This document shows, piece after piece, positions 7,430-17,762 of a DNA stretch of 64,000 bases. Position 1 is the stretch's first letter. Every line of letters starts with the position of its first letter. The position numbers and the translations under genes are program-made. The stretch covers positions 211,627-275,626 of the forward strand of contig JAHBWE010000017.1 of the NCBI GenBank assembly GCA_019637155.1, given 5' to 3'. This stretch comes from Labilithrix sp. (lineage in GTDB: Bacteria; Myxococcota_A; Polyangia; Polyangiales; Polyangiaceae). The notes below the pieces were generated by a model. It saw nothing but the letters and a program-made list of their open reading frames with translations. It did no database searches and had not been told where the DNA came from.

Positions 7430-10003
7430 GTGCGGTCCCTCGCTCTTCGTCTCTCGCCCTTCCTTGCCTTCGTCCTCGCCGCCTGCGCGGCCGAGAGCGA
7501 CGAGGCCGCCACCGACGAGGCCCAGCTCCAGGACCTCAAGGTGTACTTCGCCGACGCGAAGAAGCTCGATCTCTCCGACCTCACGCGGGTCGCGGTCGGG
7601 TTCGGCACCGAGGCGCTCAACGATCGGCTGAGCGTGACGGCGGGGCCGGTGCACGCCGGCATTCGCTTCGAGAAGCCGGGCGTCTTCGCGGCGCGCGCGG
7701 AGCCGAGCTCCGTCCTCCCGGACAGCGCGGAGGTGAAGGCCCTCGACACGATCGTCAGCGGCCTCGCCGCGCGCTTCGGCGAGAAGGAGCTCAGCACGCA
7801 GGTCAACGCCGCGCGCCTCGCCCACCTCGAGGGCACGGCCGACGACTACTTCATCGAGTCCGGCTTCGCGGCGAACGCGGGGCTCGTGCCGAGCTGGAGC
7901 TTCCCCGCCGGCGGCCTCGGCGTGAACCTCGGCTTCGAGGCGAGCACCGAGCTCTCGTCGCGCGTCATCGTCGCGACGAAGAACGACGGCGTCCGCTCGC
8001 TCCTCTCCGCGCCGCTCGCCGCGATGAAGGAGATGCGCGGCTTCATCTATCCGCGCTCGGTGGCGGACATCCGCGGGATGAAGCCCGGCGAGATGTTCGC
8101 GCTCCGCGGGCAGGGCAAGCTCGGCGCGAACTTCGGCGTCGGCGCGCCGATCTTCGTCGCGGGCCCGGTCGGGCCGCTCACGTACAGCATCGTCGTCTCC
8201 GGCGGCGTCGCGGGCGTCGTCTCCGGACAGATCGACGTGCAGCTCGTCCGCCTGCCGGGCGACGAGGTCGTGATCGATCTCGGCGTCGAGAAGGGCCGCG
8301 GCGTCTCGTTCCGCGCGGGCATCGGCGATCAGTTCGGCATCAAGGGGATCTGCGACGACGGCCAGCGCTGCCTCCGCGCGGTGCAGGTCGCGGGGCAGTC
8401 GCTCGATCTCGCGCAGGTCGTCGAGAAGGCGATCGAGAAGCAGGTGAACAAGTACCTGACGTTCCAGGTCGCGGCGTCCTCCGGCGTCTCGAGCTCGCGC
8501 GTCAGCCTCTCGCGCTTCCGCTTCCACCTCGATCGCGGCGCGCCGCACGAGGTCGAGGCCGCGCTCCAGCAGCTCCTCAAGTTCGACCTCCGCCTCGCGC
8601 AGGCGATGTACAACCGCGACCTCGCTCAGCCGAAGCCGCCGGTCACGGTGGACTTCGACGCCGTGCGCGCCGCGACGACGACGACGCGCAACTTCGGCTT
8701 CGAGGTCCTCGGGATGAACGTCTTCCACAAGGCGATCGTCGACCGCGAAGGCACGTTCGTGCTCCAGACGCCGGACGGAGCGAGGGCGATCCTCTTCGAT
8801 CACCTCCAGCGCGAGGAGGGCTGGTTCCAGCGGCGCCACGCGTTCTCGCGCACCGGCGTCGCAGCCGAGTCGATCGACGCGACCTCGCCGACGCACTTCA
8901 AGAGCAGCGCGAACCTGTTCATCCAGACGGTCTCCGCCGACAAGCACATGGACAACGACTTCGTCCTCGACAACGTCGACGGGCTCCTGCTCAGCCTCGG
9001 CGCGAACGAGATCGTCGACGTCCTCGACGAGCACGGCAACGAGATCGAGCGCACGCTCTGGCGCAAATGCCCCGTCCAGAACGACGCGAGCGGCGACCAC
9101 GGCGGCTCCTCCACCCCGCGCTGGGACGAGCGCTGCAACGTGCGGCTCCTCGACGATCCGAGCTTCAAGGCGATGAAGACGCGCGCCCTCGCGGCGGTGG
9201 AGGCGAAGCTCGGCCCCTATCCGGAGGACTACAAGAAGCTCGTTCGCACCGCGGCCGATCTCCGCCTGACGCTCCAGTCGGTCGGCGTCCACGGCTTCAG
9301 CGCGACGGGCGGGCCGAAGGTCGCGATCTCGTCCGACGTCCGCTTCGACGATCAGGCGCTCGACACGCTGACGGCGATGTCGAAGACGGACTACGGCCGC
9401 GCGCTCCGTTCGTACATCGGCATGGTGTCCTCGAACCGCCGCGACGTGCGCCGGCCGCAGGACCGCGACTACTTCGCGAAGATCGTCCTCGATCGCTCGA
9501 ACGGCGCCGCCGACCGCATGATCGAGCGCTTCGACGTCGAGGCGCAGGCCTACCAGCGCATCCTCCAGGCCGAGAAGAGCCTCCCCGCGGTGCTCGCGAA
9601 CCGGCCCTACGTCGCGCATCCGGTCGGCATCCGCTTCGAGGTGAGCAGCGGCAGCGCGGGCGCGCTCGAGAGCGTCGTCCTCCGCTCGACGAGCCAGGAG
9701 CGCGCGATCGTGGCGACGCGCCTCTACGACGGGCTCCGCAAGGAGGCGGAGGGCCTCGAGCTCGGCGCGGGCCTCCACGCCGAGCACGCCGCGCTCTATC
9801 CGCTCGGCTGGCTCGTTCCGGTGCAGAGCCTCGAGGTCGCGATGAAGGTCGACGCCGAGGTCGAGAGCACGTTCTTCAACCCGCGCCAGCGCTTCATCAA
9901 GGCCGGCTTCAAGAGCGTCGCCGCCTCCGCGCGCGGCGCCGACGTCGTCACCCTCGGCGCCGGCATGTTCGACATCCGCGCCATCGCGACCGCCTCGCCC
10001 TGA
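7430..10003 (+). CDS. Large lipoprotein (857 aa) of unknown function.
   Basis: Signal peptide plus lipobox (MRSLALRLSPFLAFVLAAC). Composition is consistently protein-like over 2.5 kb. Confidence 0.75.
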   Translation: MRSLALRLSPFLAFVLAACAAESDEAATDEAQLQDLKVYFADAKKLDLSDLTRVAVGFGTEALNDRLSVTAGPVHAGIRFEKPGVFAARAEPSSVLPDSAEVKALDTIVSGLAARFGEKELSTQVNAARLAHLEGTADDYFIESGFAANAGLVPSWSFPAGGLGVNLGFEASTELSSRVIVATKNDGVRSLLSAPLAAMKEMRGFIYPRSVADIRGMKPGEMFALRGQGKLGANFGVGAPIFVAGPVGPLTYSIVVSGGVAGVVSGQIDVQLVRLPGDEVVIDLGVEKGRGVSFRAGIGDQFGIKGICDDGQRCLRAVQVAGQSLDLAQVVEKAIEKQVNKYLTFQVAASSGVSSSRVSLSRFRFHLDRGAPHEVEAALQQLLKFDLRLAQAMYNRDLAQPKPPVTVDFDAVRAATTTTRNFGFEVLGMNVFHKAIVDREGTFVLQTPDGARAILFDHLQREEGWFQRRHAFSRTGVAAESIDATSPTHFKSSANLFIQTVSADKHMDNDFVLDNVDGLLLSLGANEIVDVLDEHGNEIERTLWRKCPVQNDASGDHGGSSTPRWDERCNVRLLDDPSFKAMKTRALAAVEAKLGPYPEDYKKLVRTAADLRLTLQSVGVHGFSATGGPKVAISSDVRFDDQALDTLTAMSKTDYGRALRSYIGMVSSNRRDVRRPQDRDYFAKIVLDRSNGAADRMIERFDVEAQAYQRILQAEKSLPAVLANRPYVAHPVGIRFEVSSGSAGALESVVLRSTSQERAIVATRLYDGLRKEAEGLELGAGLHAEHAALYPLGWLVPVQSLEVAMKVDAEVESTFFNPRQRFIKAGFKSVAASARGADVVTLGAGMFDIRAIATASP

Positions 10004-10086
10004 CGCTCACGACGAACGCGAGGAGCCACGCGGCGCTCAGCGCGCTACGCCCGAACCATGAGGCGCCAAGGTGGGATGCGCTCCGA

Positions 10087-10770
10087 TCAGCGCGGCACGC
10101 ACGCGTCGAGCTCGCTCACGACGCGACGCCACTCCACCGCCGCCCCGGGACCGCCGGTCGGGCCGTAGAAGTCGGCGGTGTACGGCTCGAGCCACGCGGT
10201 CAGCTCCGGAGGCTCCTTCGCTTCGCGAGGGATCCCGAACCACATGAGGCGGAGCCACGTCTTGCCGTCGGCGCGCGGCATGTCGACGAAGATCACGCCA
10301 GGGAGGTGGACCATGCCCGCCGTTCGTCCGCCGGGGAGCGCGATCTTCGGATGCCGTTTCTGGAGCTCGATCGTGTTCTCGAGCTGGAGCTTCTCCTCCG
10401 CTGTCGTCGTCGTGGCGCCGTCCCAGCGCGTCACGACGAGCGCAAAGACCTCCGCCCGCGTCGCGCGCCCTTTCGCATCGGTGAGGACGGCGTCGTGGGT
10501 CGTGTACGTGAAGCCGTCGATGACCTCACCTTGCAGGCCGAGCTCCGGCACCGTCGGGCGGAACGGCTCTCGATCGAACGCGTAGGGGCTCTTCGTGATG
10601 CGCTGAAGCGTCGTCGCGAGGAGCGGATCGCACGGCGGCGCCGCCGGCGGAGGCGCGGGGATCGACGCCCCCGTCGCGGCTCCGACGCGGATCGACTGCG
10701 GCTCCGGAGGAGGACGCGAGCCGCCGCACGAGATCGCCGCGACGACGAGAAACGCCCGCGACGTCCGCAT
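10087..10770 (-). CDS. Hypothetical lipoprotein.
   Basis: N-terminus MRTSRAFLVVAAISCGG. Good composition. Confidence 0.65.
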   Translation of the reverse strand: MRTSRAFLVVAAISCGGSRPPPEPQSIRVGAATGASIPAPPPAAPPCDPLLATTLQRITKSPYAFDREPFRPTVPELGLQGEVIDGFTYTTHDAVLTDAKGRATRAEVFALVVTRWDGATTTTAEEKLQLENTIELQKRHPKIALPGGRTAGMVHLPGVIFVDMPRADGKTWLRLMWFGIPREAKEPPELTAWLEPYTADFYGPTGGPGAAVEWRRVVSELDACVPR

Positions 10771-10869
10771 CCCAGCGAACGTATCATCGTTCGCGCGGAA
10801 CAGGCCTCGCGCCGGAGGGCCCGGCGGTGAGCGCGCGCTGCGGTGCTACCCTGCTCGGCTCCGCCCGTC

Positions 10870-12459
10870 ATGCCGCGTCGACGCTCTACTCTCTGGTTCC
10901 TCCTCGCCGCCGCGGTCGCGTGCAGCGCGCCGCCCCGCGCGCCCGCCGCGGCGGCGCCGCCGTGGGTCGCGATCGCGCCGCGCCTCGTCGAGCACGTGCG
11001 GGTCCTCTCCTCCGATCGCTTCGAAGGCCGCGCGCCGGGGACGCGGGGCGAGGAGCTCACGATCGCGTATCTCCAGGACGAGCTGCGGAAGCTGCGCCTC
11101 GCGCCGGAGGTGCAGCCGGTGCCGCTCGTCGCGATCGGGTCGCGGGCGTCCCTCGCGATCGACGGCAAGGCGTGGCGGAGCGGCGAGGACTTCGTCGCGT
11201 GGTCGTACGGCACGAGCCCGGACGTCCACCTCGAGCGCTCGGAGCTCGTGTTCGTCGGCTACGGCGTCGTCGCGCCCGAGCATGCGTGGGACGACTTCAA
11301 GGACGTCGACCTCCGCGGCAAGACGGCGGTGTTCCTCGTCGGCGATCCGCCCGTCCCCGATCCGAAGGACCCGACCCGCCTCGACGACGCGACCTTCCGC
11401 GGACGCGCGATGACCTACTACGGCCGCTGGCGCTACAAGTACGAGATCGCGGCGAAGAAGGGCGCCGCCGCCGCGCTCATCGTGCACGAGACCGGCCCCG
11501 CCGGGTACGGCTGGAACGTCGTCGCCGGCGGCGCCACGCACGAGCGCTACGAGATCGCGACCGCCGAAGCGCGCGCCGCGCACGTGCCGATCGAAGGCTG
11601 GATCCACGAGAGTCGCGCGCGAGAGCTCTTCGAGGACTTCGATCGCGCGAAGGCCTCCGCCCTCGATCGCGCGTTCCGCCCCGCGCCGATCCGCGCCGCG
11701 CGCGCCGACCTCGAGGTGCGCCTCACCGCGCGCGAGCTCGTGTCGCGCAACGTCGTCGCGAAGCTCCCCGGCTCCGATCCGCGCCTCCGCGACGAGCACG
11801 TCATGTACAGCGCGCACTGGGATCACTTCGGCAAGAGCGCGGAGGGCGTGTTCCACGGCGCGCTCGACAACGCCTCCGGCGTCGCGTGGCTCCTCGAGAC
11901 GGCGCGCCTCTACCGTGAGCTCCCGCGCGCACCGCGCCGCTCGATCGTCTTCGCCGCGTTCACCGCCGAGGAGCAAGGGCTGCTCGGCTCGAAGCACTAC
12001 GCGTCGCAGCCGCACGACCGCGTCGTCGCCGACATCAACATGGACATCATGAACCCGTGGGGCAAAACGCGCGCGATCGTCAGCGTCGGCGACGGCGAGA
12101 CGACGATGGATGAGCCGCTCCGCGAAGAGGCCGCGAAGCAAGGCCGGCGCGTCGTCCCCGATCCCGAGCCGGAGAAGGGCTACTACTTCCGCTCCGACCA
12201 CTACGAGCTCGTGAAGACGGGCGTCCCCGCGCTCTCCTTCTTGCACCCCGGCGCGGAGTGGATCGGTAAGCCGCCCGACTTCGGCGCGAAGAAACGCGCC
12301 GAATACGTCGCGCGCATGTACCACCAGCCGGACGACGTGATCCACGACGACTGGGACCTCGCCGGCGCGGCGGAGGACGTAGCGCTCCTCTTCGAGGTCG
12401 GCCGTAGGGTCGCCGACGCCGATCGTCCGCCGGCCTTCAAAGACCGCGCCGCGCGCTAA
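10870..12459 (+). CDS. M28-family aminopeptidase with PA domain (secreted).
   Basis: Signal peptide MPRRRSTLWFLLAAAVAC. M28 hallmarks: HWDH, NASGVAWLLE, FTAEEQGLLGS, DHYEL. Confidence 0.85.
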   Translation: MPRRRSTLWFLLAAAVACSAPPRAPAAAAPPWVAIAPRLVEHVRVLSSDRFEGRAPGTRGEELTIAYLQDELRKLRLAPEVQPVPLVAIGSRASLAIDGKAWRSGEDFVAWSYGTSPDVHLERSELVFVGYGVVAPEHAWDDFKDVDLRGKTAVFLVGDPPVPDPKDPTRLDDATFRGRAMTYYGRWRYKYEIAAKKGAAAALIVHETGPAGYGWNVVAGGATHERYEIATAEARAAHVPIEGWIHESRARELFEDFDRAKASALDRAFRPAPIRAARADLEVRLTARELVSRNVVAKLPGSDPRLRDEHVMYSAHWDHFGKSAEGVFHGALDNASGVAWLLETARLYRELPRAPRRSIVFAAFTAEEQGLLGSKHYASQPHDRVVADINMDIMNPWGKTRAIVSVGDGETTMDEPLREEAAKQGRRVVPDPEPEKGYYFRSDHYELVKTGVPALSFLHPGAEWIGKPPDFGAKKRAEYVARMYHQPDDVIHDDWDLAGAAEDVALLFEVGRRVADADRPPAFKDRAAR

Positions 12460-12471
12460 GCTGCCACGCGC

Positions 12472-13917
12472 ATGATCGCCTTCGACAACTCGTACGCGCG
12501 GCTGCCGGCGCGCTTCTTCGCCAAGGTCGCGCCCGCCCGCGTCCGCGCGCCCGCGCTCATCGAGGTGAACCGCGCGCTCGCGGAGGAGCTCGGCGTCCCC
12601 GCGGACGAGCTCGACGCGGAGACGCTCTCCGGCAACCGCGTGCCCGAGGGCGCCGACCCGATCGCGCTCGCGTACGCGGGTCACCAGTTCGGCAACTTCG
12701 TGCCCCAGCTCGGCGACGGCCGCGCGATCTTGCTCGGCGAGGTCGTCGGCAAGGACGGCAGGCGGCGCGACGTCCAGCTCAAGGGCGCGGGCCGCACGCC
12801 GTTCTCGCGCGGCGGCGACGGACGCGCCGCGCTCGGCCCCGTGCTCCGCGAGTACGTCGTCAGCGAGGCGATGCACGCGCTCGGAGTCCCCACCACGCGC
12901 GCGCTCGCCGCGGTGACGACGGGCGAGCCCGTCGCGCGCGAAGAGCTCCTCCAGGGCGCCGTGCTCACCCGCGTCGCCGCGAGCCACCTCCGCGTCGGCA
13001 CCTTCGAGTACTTCGCCGCGCGCGAGGACGGCGAGGCGATCGCGGCGCTCGTCTCCTATGCGCTCGCGCGCCACTACCCCGCCGCGCTCGCGGCCGCCGG
13101 CGACGCGCCGCCCGCGCTCGTCCTCCTCCAGCAGGTGATCGACGCGCAGGCCCACCTCGTCGCGCGCTGGCTCGGCGTCGGCTTCATCCACGGCGTGATG
13201 AACACCGACAACACGTCGATCTCGGGCGAGACGATCGACTACGGCCCGTGCGCGTTCCTCGACATCTACCACCCGCGCCGCAAGTTCAGCTCGATCGACC
13301 GCGGCGGCCGCTACCACTTCGCGGTGCAGCCCAAGATCATGCAGTGGAACCTCGCGCGCCTCGCCGAGACGCTGCTCCCGCTCCTCGCCGAGAGCGAAGA
13401 GGAGCAGGTCCACCTCGCGACCGGCGAGCTGAACCGCTTCGCCGACGCGTTCGACGCCGCGTACGCGCGCGTGCTCCGCGCGAAGCTCGGCCTCCACACC
13501 GAAGAGGACGGCGACCGCGCGCTCGCGAACGACCTCTTCGAGCGAATGGCCACGAACGAGGTCGACTTCACGCTATTTTTCCGGCGCCTCGGCGAGGACG
13601 CCGACGCCGCCGCGAAGCTATTTGCCAATCCCGGCGCGTTCCACGACTGGGCCGAGGCGTGGCGGCGGCGCACCGCGAAGGAGGATGTCTCTCCCTCCGC
13701 GCGCGCCGAATCGATGCGGCGCGCGAATCCCGCTTTCATTCCGCGCAACCACCGTATCGAGGAGATGATCGCCGCCGCGAACAATGGCAACTACGCGCCG
13801 TTCGAGCGCCTGAACGCGGTCCTCGCGCGACCTCATGACGATCAACCCGAGAACGCCGACTTGGCGGAGCCGCCCGGCCCCGAGCAGCACGACTACCGCA
13901 CTTTCTGTGGGACCTGA
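12472..13917 (+). CDS. selO: Protein adenylyltransferase SelO (YdiU/UPF0061).
   Basis: Conserved YdiU blocks: GHQFGNF, QLGDGRA, KGAGRTPFSRGGDGRA, MNTDN. Confidence 0.9.
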   Translation: MIAFDNSYARLPARFFAKVAPARVRAPALIEVNRALAEELGVPADELDAETLSGNRVPEGADPIALAYAGHQFGNFVPQLGDGRAILLGEVVGKDGRRRDVQLKGAGRTPFSRGGDGRAALGPVLREYVVSEAMHALGVPTTRALAAVTTGEPVAREELLQGAVLTRVAASHLRVGTFEYFAAREDGEAIAALVSYALARHYPAALAAAGDAPPALVLLQQVIDAQAHLVARWLGVGFIHGVMNTDNTSISGETIDYGPCAFLDIYHPRRKFSSIDRGGRYHFAVQPKIMQWNLARLAETLLPLLAESEEEQVHLATGELNRFADAFDAAYARVLRAKLGLHTEEDGDRALANDLFERMATNEVDFTLFFRRLGEDADAAAKLFANPGAFHDWAEAWRRRTAKEDVSPSARAESMRRANPAFIPRNHRIEEMIAAANNGNYAPFERLNAVLARPHDDQPENADLAEPPGPEQHDYRTFCGT

Positions 13918-13923
13918 CCCTCG

Positions 13924-14355
13924 ATGAGCGACGAGAACGACGAAGCGCGCGCGATCCTCGCGCTCTGCGACGGTGACAAGCTGAAGGCCTTCGAGAAGGT
14001 CGAGGCGCAGCTCGCGGTGCTCGTGCTCCGCACGCAGGTGATGCTCTCGCTGAGCGGCATCGTCATCACCGTCACCGGCTTCTCCGGCCGCGCGATCGCC
14101 GACACGGGCGCGCTCGCGCGCGGCTGCATCGCGAGCGGCCTGACCTTGGTGCTCGCCGCCGCCGCGTGCGCGATGTGGGGTGTGCTGCGGCTGAAGTGGC
14201 TGACCCAGATGCTGCGCGACGACGTGCTCGAGACGCTCCGCACCGCGATCCAGATCCGGAACCACAAGTCGCGGTTCCTCCGCGCCGCGACCGCCCTCTT
14301 CATCGCCGGCTTCTCGCTCTACGTCGCCGCGGTCGCGCAGCTCCTCGTCAAGTAG
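13924..14355 (+). CDS. Small membrane protein.
   Basis: Two hydrophobic helices. Normal composition. Confidence 0.5.
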   Translation: MSDENDEARAILALCDGDKLKAFEKVEAQLAVLVLRTQVMLSLSGIVITVTGFSGRAIADTGALARGCIASGLTLVLAAAACAMWGVLRLKWLTQMLRDDVLETLRTAIQIRNHKSRFLRAATALFIAGFSLYVAAVAQLLVK

Positions 14356-14421
14356 CCCGCTCGTGAGTCGCGGCTCTCGGGGCGCGTCTTCTCCTTCGAA
14401 CCGCCGGGCTGGCGTGCTAGG

Positions 14422-15465
14422 TTGCCGCACCCGATGCAGCAGGTCAGCCTCACCGATCCGACCTGGACCACGAGCGAGCCGAACGCGTTCCACCGCGCCT
14501 CTCTCGTCTTCATCAACGACGTACGGGACACGCCGTTCCTCAAGCTGATCGCGACGCTCCTGCTGACGGTCGTGCCGAGCGGCGTCTTCATGATCGTGAG
14601 CGGCTTCCGCTGGTGGCACGCGGCGGTGCACCTCGTCCTCGTGTTCTGGTTCCTCGGGCCGTACATCCTGATGCTCCACAACACGAGCCACCGGAAGCTC
14701 TTCAAGAAGAAGTGGGAGCGCCTGAACCACTTCATCCCGTGGTTCCTCGGGCCCTTCTTCGGCGAGACGCCGGACACGTACTTCGCCCATCACGTCGGGA
14801 TGCACCACCCCGAGAACAACATGGAGGAGGACCTCAGCTCGACCCTCCCCTACCGCCGCGACTCCGTCCGCGGCTTCGTTCGCTACTTCCTCCGCTTCTT
14901 CTTCGGCGTCATCGTCGAGCTCCCCCGCTACTTCCTGCGGAAGAACCGGCGCTCGCTCGTGGTGAAGAGCCTCGCCGGCGAGCTCTTGTTCTTCGCCGTC
15001 ACCGGCGCGCTCGCATACTTCACGGACTGGCGCGCCGTCGTCGCCGTGCTCGTCGTCCCCTACGTCTCGACGCGGTTCCTCATGATGTGCGGGAACTGGG
15101 GGCAGCACGCGTTCGTCGACGAAGCCGCGCCGGAGAACTGTTATCGGAACAGCATCACCTGCATCAACACGGGCTACAACCGGCGCTGCTTCAACGACGG
15201 CTATCACATCGGACACCACGTGAAGCAGACCCGGCACTGGACCGAGATGCCGGAGGACTTCACGAAGAACCTCGCGACCTACGCGAAGGAAGGCGCGGTC
15301 GTCTTCGACGGCATCGACTTCTTCATCGTGTGGATGTTCCTGATGCTGAAGCGCTACGACTGGCTCGCGCGCCGCTACGTGAAGCTCGACGGCGCCGAGA
15401 AATCGGAGGCGGAGATCATCGAGCTCCTCCAGAGCCGCACGCGCTGGACCCGCGCCGCGGCATGA
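14422..15465 (+). CDS. Membrane fatty-acid desaturase family protein.
   Basis: Three His boxes (HNTSHRK, HHVGMHHP, HIGHHV) with TM segments. Confidence 0.85.
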   Translation: MPHPMQQVSLTDPTWTTSEPNAFHRASLVFINDVRDTPFLKLIATLLLTVVPSGVFMIVSGFRWWHAAVHLVLVFWFLGPYILMLHNTSHRKLFKKKWERLNHFIPWFLGPFFGETPDTYFAHHVGMHHPENNMEEDLSSTLPYRRDSVRGFVRYFLRFFFGVIVELPRYFLRKNRRSLVVKSLAGELLFFAVTGALAYFTDWRAVVAVLVVPYVSTRFLMMCGNWGQHAFVDEAAPENCYRNSITCINTGYNRRCFNDGYHIGHHVKQTRHWTEMPEDFTKNLATYAKEGAVVFDGIDFFIVWMFLMLKRYDWLARRYVKLDGAEKSEAEIIELLQSRTRWTRAAA

Positions 15466-15668
15466 GCCTCGCAGCGCCTACACATCACTCCCGCGTCGAT
15501 GCACGGAGTGACGGAGGCCGAGCTGAACGGTGCGCGCCGAGCGCGCCATAAGGAGAGAAGCCACATGGCCGACAGCGCCGGTAGCGGACGAACGAGTCGA
15601 GCCGCGCGCGCTCGATCGGCCACGCGACGTGGAGCTGCAGCGCGCGTGCCGCTCAGAACGAGAGGCGC

Positions 15669-16550
15669 TCAGAACGAGAGGCGCTTCGTGCCGCGAGACG
15701 CGACGTTTGGCGCGAGGCGACCGCGGAGGGACGCGAGGGGGACGTCGACGCCGGCCGCCGTCCGCGAGATCCCGGCGTCGACGGCGACGCAGCCGCCCTC
15801 CTCCGCCCAGCCGTACGCCTGCTCGAGCGTCGTGACGTACGCGACGTCCTTTCGGCACGCGGTGCAACGGCGGATCCCTTCGATCTCGGTCGGCACCATG
15901 TCGTCCCAGCGCTGGGTGCACTCCAGCTCGAACGCGACGCGGCCGGGGCGACCGGTCGCTTGCTCGCCGCACGCCTGGACCGCCGCCATCGCGACGCGCG
16001 CCCGCCACGCGACCTCGACGAGCGGCGCGAGCTCCGCGAGCCGCGCGCTCGCCTCCGCGAAGCCTTCCGCGGCGGAGGGACCGTCCTTCCTCTTCCCGCG
16101 CGCGGCGACCTGGGTGCGGAGGAACTCGGCGTGCGCGGTCTTGCCGTGCTCCTCGAGCCAGTCGGCGTAGACGAGCCGCGTCTCGTCGTCGCGCGGATCG
16201 GCGAGGAGCGCGGCGAGGAACGCCTGCTCCTCCGGCGCCGCGACGCCTCCGAGCTCGTAGTCGTCGTGCTGGACGCGGATCCGCACGCTGCCGATCGTGA
16301 GCCAGTCGTCGGGGCGGACCACGTACGGGCCCTCGACGCGCTCGTCCCCGCGCCACACCCCGTTGGCGGAGCGGTCCTCGAGCAGCACCGCGCCGCGCGC
16401 GCGATCGAAGCGGACCTCGGCGTGAAGCCGCGAGACGCGGTCGATCTCGAGGACGAGGTCACGCTCCGGCGCGCGCCCGATCGTGACGGCGTCCTTCACG
16501 AAGGTGAAGGTCCGCGGGCCGCGACGGTCCTCGACCGTGATGCGAAACAC
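15669..16550 (-). CDS. FHA domain protein with a TIGR02996 repeat-companion domain.
   Basis: N-terminal FHA domain (TIGRAPERDLVLEIDRVSRLHAEV...NGVW). Followed by the LVYADWLEEHG motif. Confidence 0.75.
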   Translation of the reverse strand: MFRITVEDRRGPRTFTFVKDAVTIGRAPERDLVLEIDRVSRLHAEVRFDRARGAVLLEDRSANGVWRGDERVEGPYVVRPDDWLTIGSVRIRVQHDDYELGGVAAPEEQAFLAALLADPRDDETRLVYADWLEEHGKTAHAEFLRTQVAARGKRKDGPSAAEGFAEASARLAELAPLVEVAWRARVAMAAVQACGEQATGRPGRVAFELECTQRWDDMVPTEIEGIRRCTACRKDVAYVTTLEQAYGWAEEGGCVAVDAGISRTAAGVDVPLASLRGRLAPNVASRGTKRLSF

Positions 16551-16665
16551 GCCGTGAGCGTATCCGAGATGTCATTTCGAGCCAGTCGCGTGTCAGGCGC
16601 CGCCGTCGCATGGTGATTCCCGGCGGGACGTCCCGCTCCCTTTCGACTCGAGACTGGAGAACATC

Positions 16666-17079
16666 ATGACCAAGACCGTCTTCTTCGCATTGCTCGCCTC
16701 GTTCGCCCTCGTCACCGGCTGCTCCGCCGGCGACGGCGAGATCACGGTGGAGGCGGCGACGACGCCGCCGACCGACAACCCCAACGACGCGCTCTTCACG
16801 GTGAAGGTCGACGACGCGCCGGAGGAGGGCTACGCGCTCGACGGCCTCACCGTGAAGGCGCTCCGCGACGGCAAGGACGCGCTCACCGTGTCGTGCACGA
16901 CGACCGACGCCAACTCGAACGCCAAGCTCGACAAGGGCGACTCCCTCGTCTGCACCGAGGGCGCGACGAACGTGCTCGGCGCCGACGCGGCCGGGACGGA
17001 GATCGAGGTCGAGCTCTACGCGAAGGTCGACGACGAGGAGAAGCTCGTCGGCGCGGCGACCTGGACCGCCGCGAAGTGA
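16666..17079 (+). CDS. Small lipoprotein.
   Basis: MTKTVFFALLASFALVTGCSAG. Good composition. Confidence 0.6.
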   Translation: MTKTVFFALLASFALVTGCSAGDGEITVEAATTPPTDNPNDALFTVKVDDAPEEGYALDGLTVKALRDGKDALTVSCTTTDANSNAKLDKGDSLVCTEGATNVLGADAAGTEIEVELYAKVDDEEKLVGAATWTAAK

Positions 17080-17102
17080 CGTAACATCGACCCGCCTCCT
17101 CG

Positions 17103-17762
17103 ATGGTGGAATGGGTCACGGTCGAACGCGCGCGGATCGGAGCGCACGACTTCGTCCTCGCGCGGCGCGGCGACGAGTGGGTCGTGCGCGTCGACGGCCG
17201 CACGCTCATGTCGAGCCGGACCCACCAGTCCGAGATCGAGCTCGCCGCTCGAGCGATCGCGCGCGCCGCCTCACCGCGGCGCGTGCTGATCGGCGGCCTC
17301 GGGCTCGGCTTCACGCTCCGCGCCGCGCTCGATCGCCTCCCCGCGAGCGCGCGCGTCGTCGTGGCCGAGCTCGTGCCGGAGCTCGTCGCGTGGAACCGCG
17401 GCCACCTCGCCGCGGTCCACGCCGGCGCGCTCGACGATCCGCGCGTCGAGGTCGTCACCGGCGACGTCCTCGACGTGCTCGCGAGCGCGCGCGCCGCCTT
17501 CGACGTCGTCGTCCTCGACGTCGACAACGGCCCGGAGGCGCTCTCGCAAGCGGAGAACCGGCGCCTCTACACCGACCGCGGCGTGCGAGCGTGCCGCGAC
17601 GCGCTCGCCGCCGGCGGCGTGCTCGGCGTCTGGTCGGCGGGCCCGAGCGACGCCTACGCCGCGCGCCTCGCGAAGGCCGGCTTCGCGACCGAGGTGGTCC
17701 GCGTCCCGGTGCACCCCGGCTCCCGCGCGCGCCACGTCCTCTTCCTCGGGACGAAGCGATGA
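17103..17762 (+). CDS. Spermidine-synthase-like class I methyltransferase.
   Basis: Motifs VLIGGLGLGFT and DVVVLDVDNGP typical of polyamine aminopropyltransferase-like MTases. Confidence 0.7.
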   Translation: MVEWVTVERARIGAHDFVLARRGDEWVVRVDGRTLMSSRTHQSEIELAARAIARAASPRRVLIGGLGLGFTLRAALDRLPASARVVVAELVPELVAWNRGHLAAVHAGALDDPRVEVVTGDVLDVLASARAAFDVVVLDVDNGPEALSQAENRRLYTDRGVRACRDALAAGGVLGVWSAGPSDAYAARLAKAGFATEVVRVPVHPGSRARHVLFLGTKR

